NCBI GenBank assembly: GCA_963806225.1
Contig: CAWDXG010000004.1
Coordinates: 5,344,001-5,408,000, forward strand
Length of the DNA stretch: 64,000 nt
DNA from: an uncultured delta proteobacterium
GTDB lineage: Bacteria > Myxococcota_A > Polyangia > Polyangiales > Polyangiaceae
Reading direction: 5' to 3'
Numbering within the stretch: the first letter of the stretch is position 1; the number at the start of each line of letters is the position of its first letter. A model generated the notes under the pieces. That model ran no database searches, was not told the origin of the DNA, and worked only from the letters and a program-made list of their open reading frames with translations. Of the stretch, positions 57,291 to 64,000 are shown piece by piece. The position numbers and the translations under genes are program-made.

Positions 57291-58071
57291 GTCGAGCCGC
57301 GGCTGGGCTCTGACACTCTCCATCGTGGTGGCGGCCATCGCCGCCGCCTGCGCCGGCACCTCGGGTGGCGGGGCTTCGCCGGGCGGCAGCGGTGGAGCGG
57401 GCGGGGCGAGCAGCGGGGGCACGGGCGGGGCAAGCAGCGGCGGCACGGGCGGGGCAAGCAGCGGCGGCACGGGCGGCAGCGCGGTCGACAGCGGGCTGGA
57501 TGGCACCGGGGGCCTCGGCGGGAGCAGCGGCTGGAGCTGGGGTGGCGGCAGTGCGGGGGGTGCGGGCGGTGTCCCCTACACCTGTGACGCAGGCGGTTTC
57601 TGGCCGTGCACCTACAGTCCGGCGTGCGCAGCGGTGAAGCCGGCGCCCGCGGATCACGACGCCTACCGGACGACGGATTGCCGGTCGTGTCACGGTCCCG
57701 GCCATCCCGACGCCAGCATTCCGGACGCCGGCGCCACGGACTCGGGAACCGACGCGGCCGCGACCGGCGCTCTGCCGCGGTTCCTGTTCAGCGGCTTCGT
57801 CTGGGACCCCTACACGCCGAAGGGCGAACCGAAGATCGAGGTCGGCGTCGGCGACGGGAACGTCTTCTACTACGCCTGCACCGACGACCGCGGCTTCTTC
57901 TTCGTCCCCGCGTCGGCCGGACCCGAGCCCGACTGGACCGCGGTGCAGTCGCGCCTGCGCTCGGCTATCGGCGAGAAGATCATGCCGACGCAAAAGCGGC
58001 ACGGGACGGGATGCAACAGCTCACCCTACTGCCACGGCGATCCGCAGCACCACCTGTTCGCCCCGCTCTGA
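57283..58071 (+). CDS. CxxCH lipoprotein (putative cytochrome c), copy A
   Basis: TTG start overlapping the upstream stop, AAAC lipobox, CRSCH, TDDRGFFF, C-terminal CNSSPYCH. Confidence 0.75.
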   Translation: MARSSRGWALTLSIVVAAIAAACAGTSGGGASPGGSGGAGGASSGGTGGASSGGTGGASSGGTGGSAVDSGLDGTGGLGGSSGWSWGGGSAGGAGGVPYTCDAGGFWPCTYSPACAAVKPAPADHDAYRTTDCRSCHGPGHPDASIPDAGATDSGTDAAATGALPRFLFSGFVWDPYTPKGEPKIEVGVGDGNVFYYACTDDRGFFFVPASAGPEPDWTAVQSRLRSAIGEKIMPTQKRHGTGCNSSPYCHGDPQHHLFAPL

Positions 58072-58078
58072 GCGCCTG

Positions 58079-58216
58079 CTAGCCGAGGTCGCGCCGCACG
58101 CGCTCGGCTGCATTGTAGCCGCACATGCCGTGAACGCCGGCCCCGGGGTGCGAATAGCTCGAGCACAGATACAGGCCCTCGACGGGCACAGATCGCCGCC
58201 GACCAGGTTCGCGTCC
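58079..58216 (-). pseudogene. 3' remnant of the phytoene dehydrogenase-like gene
   Basis: Matches 60600-60807 with a 70-bp deletion and three synonymous substitutions. Confidence 0.88.
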
Positions 58217-58329
58217 CCCGCGATGGGCAAGTGGGCGCCTTCCAGCGCCCGGTAGGCCGTCGATGGCGCCTGGGCGGAGGTCCGCCGGGATGGTAACATT
58301 CGGCTCGAGCTTGAGCTGGGAGTGAGTCG

Positions 58330-59835
58330 ATGAAGTCCTTTTCTGGATGGGTCACGTTGTCTGCCGTGGGCATGTTCGCAGCGGCGCTGAGCGCCTGCAG
58401 CAGTAGCAGCGGAGGCGTTGCTACGGGAAGTCACGTTGGAGGTGGCGCCGGGGGCCAGGGCGGCAGCGGCGGCGGGAGCGATGCCGGCGTCGACAGTGGC
58501 GGCAGCGCCGGCAGCATCTCCGTGTGCAACTACGGCGACAAGCAGTGCAACGGCAGCACCATCCAGACCTGCTCGTTCGGCGGTCAGTGGGTGGACGGGA
58601 CCAAGTGTCCGTTCACCTGCAAGGCAGGGGACTGCGCTGGGGACTGCGCGCCGGCGTCCACGCAGTGCGCGTGGGACGGCGTGCAGACCTGCGGCACCGA
58701 CGGCAAGTGGCAGGCGGCCAAACCGTGCCAGTTCGGCTGTGACAACGGCACCTGCCGCACCTCGTGCAATTCGGGGGACTTCCACTGCAACGGCAACCAG
58801 ATCGAGCAGTGCAACCCGGGTCCGCCTTCGAGCTGGACGCCGACGGGGACGACCTGCAACGCGATGTCCGGGCAGAAGTGCGACGCCACGACCGGGACCT
58901 GCAAGACGCTGTCGCCGATCGGCGGCACCACGCCGACCGGCACGTACTACCAGTACGCGGTCTTCCAGACCGGACAGTCGGGGTACCTGGGCGGCTACGA
59001 CGTGGACTCGTTCGGCGACTACATCTACGTCAACCGGAGCAGCTCGTACCTCGACGTGTACAAGGTCACGCTCGTGGACACGGACGGGGACGGCAAGCTG
59101 GAGCCGAACCAGCATCCCCAGAATCCCAACAACACCGGGCCCATCGAGGAGCGGAAGCTCACGCTGGTCAAGACCTTGACCAAGTCCGCCGACGGCGTGC
59201 CGCTTGGACCTTCTGCGAGCGCCGAGCTCTTCGCGCAGAATGACCGCATCGACATGCTGGGGCCCAGCCACGACGGAGTCATCAGCGAGTTCAACTTCGC
59301 TTCGAAGACCAGCAGCGTCATCGTCCAGCCAACCAACCCGATCGCCTTCCAGGTCCTCGGCTACGGCGACGCGGATGGCCGCTGGTACGCGGGGGAACAC
59401 AGCAACCGGCGGGTGTACTCGTGGGACGCCCCATCGAAAAGCTGGGTCGCCGAGTTCGACTATCCGAACCTGGCCGGCAGCCACATGGACGGCATGGAGG
59501 TCGTCGTCGCGCCGACGACCGGTGACCAGTACATCTACGTGTCGGACATGACGTCCGACTTCATCGCCCAGTACCACCGCGACCCGACAGGTTGGGTCCA
59601 GTCGAACCTCTACCAGTACTCCGACAGCACCGGTTCCCCCGTGGAAGGTATGGGCTTCGGCGCGCTGGAGCACTTCTGGGCCACCAGCGGCACGTATCTC
59701 TACGAGATCGGCGGCGGCGACATCCAGAAGTACCTCTCGCCCTGCACCGGCGGGAAGCAGGAGTGCGGCACCAACGGAAAGACCTGCCCGAGCACCCAGA
59801 GCTGCGTGAACGGTTGCTGCGAGACAATTGGCTAG
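58330..59835 (+). CDS. Cys-rich / beta-propeller surface lipoprotein, allele B
   Basis: 501 aa like allele A; about 40 substitutions, mostly in the propeller. Confidence 0.85.
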   Translation: MKSFSGWVTLSAVGMFAAALSACSSSSGGVATGSHVGGGAGGQGGSGGGSDAGVDSGGSAGSISVCNYGDKQCNGSTIQTCSFGGQWVDGTKCPFTCKAGDCAGDCAPASTQCAWDGVQTCGTDGKWQAAKPCQFGCDNGTCRTSCNSGDFHCNGNQIEQCNPGPPSSWTPTGTTCNAMSGQKCDATTGTCKTLSPIGGTTPTGTYYQYAVFQTGQSGYLGGYDVDSFGDYIYVNRSSSYLDVYKVTLVDTDGDGKLEPNQHPQNPNNTGPIEERKLTLVKTLTKSADGVPLGPSASAELFAQNDRIDMLGPSHDGVISEFNFASKTSSVIVQPTNPIAFQVLGYGDADGRWYAGEHSNRRVYSWDAPSKSWVAEFDYPNLAGSHMDGMEVVVAPTTGDQYIYVSDMTSDFIAQYHRDPTGWVQSNLYQYSDSTGSPVEGMGFGALEHFWATSGTYLYEIGGGDIQKYLSPCTGGKQECGTNGKTCPSTQSCVNGCCETIG

Positions 59836-60592
59836 GTCGAGCCGCGGCTGGGCTCTGACACTCTCCATCGTGGTGGCGGCCATCGCCGCCGCCTGCGCCG
59901 GCACCTCGGGTGGCGGGGCTTCGCCGGGCGGCAGCGGTGGAGCGGGCGGGGCGAGCAGCGGGGGCACGGGCGGGGCAAGCAGCGGCGGCACGGGCGGCAG
60001 CGCGGTCGACAGCGGGCTGGATGGCACCGGGGGCCTCGGCGGGAGCAGCGGCTGGAGCTGGGGTGGCGGCAGTGCGGGGGGTGCGGGCGGTGTCCCCTAC
60101 ACCTGTGACGCAGGCGGTTTCTGGCCGTGCACCTACAGTCCGGCGTGCGCAGCGGTGAAGCCGGCGCCCGCGGATCACGACGCCTACCGGACGACGGATT
60201 GCCGGTCGTGTCACGGTCCCGGCCATCCCGACGCCAGCATTCCGGACGCCGGCGCCACGGACTCGGGAACCGACGCGGCCGCGACCGGCGCTCTGCCGCG
60301 GTTCCTGTTCAGCGGCTTCGTCTGGGACCCCTACACGCCGAAGGGCGAACCGAAGATCGAGGTCGGCGTCGGCGACGGGAACGTCTTCTACTACGCCTGC
60401 ACCGACGACCGCGGCTTCTTCTTCGTCCCCGCGTCGGCCGGACCCGAGCCCGACTGGACCGCGGTGCAGTCGCGCCTGCGCTCGGCTATCGGCGAGAAGA
60501 TCATGCCGACGCAAAAGCGGCACGGGACGGGATGCAACAGCTCACCCTACTGCCACGGCGATCCGCAGCACCACCTGTTCGCCCCGCTCTGA
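59828..60592 (+). CDS. CxxCH lipoprotein (putative cytochrome c), copy B
   Basis: Same as copy A except one 8-aa GASSGGTG unit fewer. Confidence 0.75.
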   Translation: MARSSRGWALTLSIVVAAIAAACAGTSGGGASPGGSGGAGGASSGGTGGASSGGTGGSAVDSGLDGTGGLGGSSGWSWGGGSAGGAGGVPYTCDAGGFWPCTYSPACAAVKPAPADHDAYRTTDCRSCHGPGHPDASIPDAGATDSGTDAAATGALPRFLFSGFVWDPYTPKGEPKIEVGVGDGNVFYYACTDDRGFFFVPASAGPEPDWTAVQSRLRSAIGEKIMPTQKRHGTGCNSSPYCHGDPQHHLFAPL

Positions 60593-60599
60593 GCGCCTG

Positions 60600-62132
60600 C
60601 TAGCCGAGGTCGCGCCGCACGCGCTCGGCTGCATTGTAGCCGCACATGCCGTGAACGCCGGCTCCTGGGTGCGAATAGCTCGAGCACAGATACAGGCCCT
60701 CGACGGGCATGCGATACCGGAACCACGGGAACACCGGCCGCCAGAGTAGCTGGCGGTTCCAGGCGTTGGAGCCGCCGCCCAGATCGCCTCCGACCAGGTT
60801 CGCGTCCATCGATTCGAGATCCGGCGGCGCTGCGATGTGGCGCGCCAGTATCCTGGTCCTGAACCCCGGCGCGAGCGCCTCGATGCGCTGTTCGATGCGG
60901 TCGGCGAAGGACTCCCGCGCGGCGTCCCAGCCGCCGGCGGGCGCGGAGGGAACGCGCGAATAGCAGTATAGCGTGTGCTTCCCCGCCGGCGCGCGCGTGG
61001 GATCGGCGAGGCTCTGCTGTCCGATGACGAGGTACGGATTGTCCGGCAGCTCGCCGCTCCGGACCTGACGCGCGAAGCGCGACAGATCATCGATGCTGTC
61101 CGCGGCGTGGACCACCGCGCTCTCGTGAGCGGCCTCGACGGTCCACGGCACGGGTCCGCCCAGCGCCCAGTCGACCTTGAACGTGCCCCAACCGTACGAA
61201 AAGGCGCGCATGCGGCGAAGCACCCGCGAAGGGACGTGCTCGGGGTCGAGCAGGTCGAGCAGCAGTGCGGGTGCGCCGGTGTCGGCCAGCACGGCGCGGG
61301 TGGCCGGGATCTCCTCCCCGCTATCGAGAAGGACGGCCTGCGCGCGCCCTTCGCGCACGACGACCTTGGCGACCCGCGACCCGAGGCGCAGCCGCCCGCC
61401 GTGCTGCTCGAGCAGTTCGATGAGAGCGTTGGTGATCGACTGCGCGCCGCCGCGGGGGACCGCATAGCCACCGGTGGTGGCGGTCATGCCCAGCATGAAG
61501 CCGAGCGCCGCACCGAAGCAATCGTCGGGTGCCACGTCCACATGCAGGCCCAGGCTCGGCAGCACCCGCCGCGCGGCCTCGCCCTGGAACAGACGGCTCG
61601 ACAGTCCCCGCGCGCTCGACATGAAGGTCCGGGCGACGCGGAACAGCTCGAGCGGACCGAGCCTGAGGAGCGGTCGGACTGCCGGAAAGGTGAGCAGGAG
61701 CGCGTCGAGCAGATCCCGCTCCATGACGGAGTACCACCCTGCGAGTCGCCGCCACGCATCGCCGTCCTTGCCGCCTCCGAAGTGGCGCGCCGCGATGTCC
61801 GCGTTTCGCGCGATGCAGGCATAGCTGCCGTCGGGGGCGGGGTGACAGCTCTCGAACGGTGCGTGGCACCACTCGAGCCCGTGGGATTCGAGTGCGAGCG
61901 ACCGGAACGCGGGGCTGAGCGTCCCGAACGGGAAGAACCCCGCGCCAACGTCGTGGACGTAGCCGGGCAGCGTGCTCTCGACCGAGCCGAGCGCGCCACC
62001 CGGCCGCCGCGGATGGGCTTCGACCACGAGCACGTTGAAGCCCTGCTGCGCCAGGCGGCACGCGGCGACTATTCCATTCGGCCCCGAGCCGATGACGACA
62101 ATGTCCGGGTCCCGAGCCGGCACGGTCGACAA
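60600..62132 (-). CDS. phytoene dehydrogenase-like NAD(P)/FAD oxidoreductase
   Basis: VVIGSGPNG, PRGGAQSI, GLYLCSSYSHPGAGVHGMCGYNAA; TTG start. Confidence 0.9.
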   Translation of the reverse strand: MSTVPARDPDIVVIGSGPNGIVAACRLAQQGFNVLVVEAHPRRPGGALGSVESTLPGYVHDVGAGFFPFGTLSPAFRSLALESHGLEWCHAPFESCHPAPDGSYACIARNADIAARHFGGGKDGDAWRRLAGWYSVMERDLLDALLLTFPAVRPLLRLGPLELFRVARTFMSSARGLSSRLFQGEAARRVLPSLGLHVDVAPDDCFGAALGFMLGMTATTGGYAVPRGGAQSITNALIELLEQHGGRLRLGSRVAKVVVREGRAQAVLLDSGEEIPATRAVLADTGAPALLLDLLDPEHVPSRVLRRMRAFSYGWGTFKVDWALGGPVPWTVEAAHESAVVHAADSIDDLSRFARQVRSGELPDNPYLVIGQQSLADPTRAPAGKHTLYCYSRVPSAPAGGWDAARESFADRIEQRIEALAPGFRTRILARHIAAPPDLESMDANLVGGDLGGGSNAWNRQLLWRPVFPWFRYRMPVEGLYLCSSYSHPGAGVHGMCGYNAAERVRRDLG

Positions 62133-62207
62133 TCTCTCGCACTACTTTCCCCCGCTGTCCATGCCTGCTACGAGTGAAAGCAGGATGCCGCGTGAAGGGA
62201 CGCCGCG

Positions 62208-62798
62208 ATGATCGCTCTGGGGATCGATCCCGGCACCCTTCATCTGGGCTGGGGAGTGGTCGCCCGGCACGGTAATCGCATCAGCCACGTCGACCACGGC
62301 GTCATCGACCTCGACGCCCGCCTCGCCCTGCCGGCGAGGCTCACGGTCATAGAAGAGCAGCTCGACCAGGTGCTGGAACGCCACCGGCCCCAGGTTGGCT
62401 CGGTCGAGACGCTGTTCTTCCACAAGGACGCGCAGGCGGCCGCCAAGCTCGGGCACGCTCGTGGCGTCGTGCTGCTGCTCCTGGCGCGGGGCGGAATCGA
62501 GGTGGCGGAGTACGCGCCCGCCAAGGTGAAGCGCACGATTGCCGGGCGCGGCCGCGCGGACAAGCGCCAGATCCAGCTCATGGTCCGGGCGGTGCTTGCG
62601 CTCGACGAGCTGCCCCGTCCGGACGCGGCGGACGCGCTCGCTCTGGCGGTCACCCACCTCCGGCTCGGTCCGATGGCGGAGAAGCTAGCGGCGCGGGCCA
62701 AACCCAAAGCCCGGGCCAGCTCGAACCCCGCCCTGGCCGCGTTGCTCGGCCGGCGCGGCGGCCGGAAGCCGGTAGGCGGAGCCGGACGGGTGCGCTAG
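62208..62798 (+). CDS. ruvC: Holliday junction resolvase RuvC
   Basis: LGIDPG, VETLFF, LGHARGV, GRGRADK, DAADALA. Confidence 0.95.
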   Translation: MIALGIDPGTLHLGWGVVARHGNRISHVDHGVIDLDARLALPARLTVIEEQLDQVLERHRPQVGSVETLFFHKDAQAAAKLGHARGVVLLLLARGGIEVAEYAPAKVKRTIAGRGRADKRQIQLMVRAVLALDELPRPDAADALALAVTHLRLGPMAEKLAARAKPKARASSNPALAALLGRRGGRKPVGGAGRVR

Positions 62799-62983
62799 CC
62801 TTCGAAATCGCCGCCGGGGGGCGTCGGGTTAAAGCCCCGCGGTCGATTCCAGTCGTAGGGAACAATTGGAGAAATTCGTCGCGCCCGCGCGAATCTCCCG
62901 GGGGGCTCGCGCGTCTCTCCCATTGCCGGATGCGGTGTCAGCTGCCACAAATGCGCCGCGTTGTCCGTACCAGGATGTTGTCG

Positions 62984-63673
62984 ATGAAAGCTAGAAGCCT
63001 CGTTCTGTCCCTGATGGTCGGTCTGTTCGCCCCGATGGCGATGCCCGCTCCGAGCGCCGTTGCGCAGTCGAAGAAGACCGCGGCGAAGGCGCCGGATGCT
63101 TCGCAGATCGCCGACCGCGTACAGGCCTTCTACAACCATAGCCACACCTTCCAGGCCGGCTTCAAGCAGCGCTACAAGGTGCGCGCCTACAACAAGGTGA
63201 AGAACAGCGCGGGTCAGGTCGTGTTCAAGAAGCCGGGCAAGATGAGCTGGCGCTACACGAGCAACGGCAATCGCGTCGTGTCCGACGGCAAGACCATCAA
63301 GGTCTACGAGAAGGACAACAAGCAGATGTACCTGCAGGCGATGGGCAAGAGCCAGTACCCGGCGGCTCTGGCGTTCCTGGTCGGCGGAGGCAACCTCAAG
63401 AAGTCCTTCAAGCTGAAGAAGCTCGATGCCCGGGCGCTGCACTTCGAAGGCGGCTATGTGCTCCTGGCCGTTCCGAAGAAGGCGACCCCTGCCTACCAGA
63501 AGCTCGTCCTGTACGTCGACGGACAGACCGCCCAGGTGCGCCGCGTGATCCTGCTGGACGCACAGGGCAACACCAACCGCTTCACCTTCGAGCATCCGGT
63601 GATCAACAAGAAGGTCAAGCCCGGCGAGTTCAACTTCACGCCGCCGTCGGGCACGCAGGTCATCAAGCCCTAG
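62984..63673 (+). CDS. lolA: outer-membrane lipoprotein carrier LolA
   Basis: Signal peptide, FKKPGKMSWRY, VVSDGKTI, FNFTPPSGTQVI. Confidence 0.88.
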   Translation: MKARSLVLSLMVGLFAPMAMPAPSAVAQSKKTAAKAPDASQIADRVQAFYNHSHTFQAGFKQRYKVRAYNKVKNSAGQVVFKKPGKMSWRYTSNGNRVVSDGKTIKVYEKDNKQMYLQAMGKSQYPAALAFLVGGGNLKKSFKLKKLDARALHFEGGYVLLAVPKKATPAYQKLVLYVDGQTAQVRRVILLDAQGNTNRFTFEHPVINKKVKPGEFNFTPPSGTQVIKP

Positions 63674-64000
63674 GTGGAGGTACGGCCGGACTGCTGCCTG
63701 CTGCGATCTCGGCCACCACTCGCTTGACGAAGGGGAGGCCGCGGGCAACGCCCGCGATGATGATGGCGATCTGCCAGACGAGCGAGAATGCGAGCACACG
63801 CTCGCCCGTCGACCAGGGCGCCATCAGAAGCCACGCTCCCTGCACGGCGCCGAAGCCGGCCACGTTGACCGGCATCGAGCCGACCACCAGCACGATCGGC
63901 AAGTACACGGCCATCACCCACAGCGGGATCATCAGCCCGAAGGCCTGGGCGCCGGCCCAGGTCCCCACCACGAGCACGTAGATCTGCAGCACGCGCACCG
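63663..64000 (-). CDS. partial membrane protein (lysylphosphatidylglycerol synthase/flippase-like), runs off the window
   Basis: Multiple TM segments, PVNVAGFGAVQG motif. Confidence 0.55.
   Translation of the reverse strand, partial: VRVLQIYVLVVGTWAGAQAFGLMIPLWVMAVYLPIVLVVGSMPVNVAGFGAVQGAWLLMAPWSTGERVLAFSLVWQIAIIIAGVARGLPFVKRVVAEIAAGSSPAVPPPRA

Larger units (their letters stand above)
55672..58216. repeat. tandem duplication unit 1
   Basis: Matches unit 2 at offset 2545 (2521 after a 24-bp indel); ends in a crtI-like remnant. Confidence 0.93.
58217..60807. repeat. tandem duplication unit 2
   Basis: Begins with a duplicated glycosyltransferase 3' end (PAMGKWAPSSAR*). Confidence 0.93.

Noticed and set aside
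56256..59697. Diversity-generating retroelement (TR/VR) explanation for the two variant copies
   Set aside because: Differences involve all bases, many are synonymous non-adenine changes, both copies are full genes, and no reverse transcriptase is in the window.
55785..60592. Calling the module TraA/TraB
   Set aside because: Domain order differs, no MYXO-CTERM tail is visible, and the partner has CxxCH rather than an OmpA/beta-barrel; only an analogy is supportable.

Overview
High-GC bacterial DNA whose gene content (Cys-rich and Gly-rich lipoproteins, MJ0042 zinc-ribbon/TPR protein, SspB-like adaptor, 'IAVDATSVYW' propeller repeats) points to a myxobacterium, probably Polyangiaceae-like (inference). 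Left to right: CBS protein; a TetR-led fatty-acid operon (MaoC dehydratase, FabG4-like reductase, thiolase, two acyl-CoA dehydrogenases, one frameshifted); CheB-CheR fusion plus hybrid kinase; secreted proteins and a radical SAM enzyme; a ~19 kb accessory block ending at tRNA-Arg(TCT) (two RND pumps, BlaI/BlaR-like pair, phosphoesterase, OmpR/HK pair, PepSY, diheme cytochrome c, YncE, gene scars); core-type genes (uppS, two-component pair, sixA, sspB, sppA, tRNA-Ser, glcD-like, orn, glycosyltransferase, crtI-like, ruvC, lolA). The most striking feature is a ~2.5 kb tandem duplication (55672-60807) of a two-gene surface module, a Cys-rich/beta-propeller lipoprotein plus a CxxCH lipoprotein. The copies appear identical in their flanks but differ by about 40 amino acids within a ~900 bp window covering mainly the propeller. 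Dead gene remnants at the junction carry only synonymous changes, suggesting additive capture of a foreign allele of a polymorphic receptor. All comparisons were made by eye; no searches were run.
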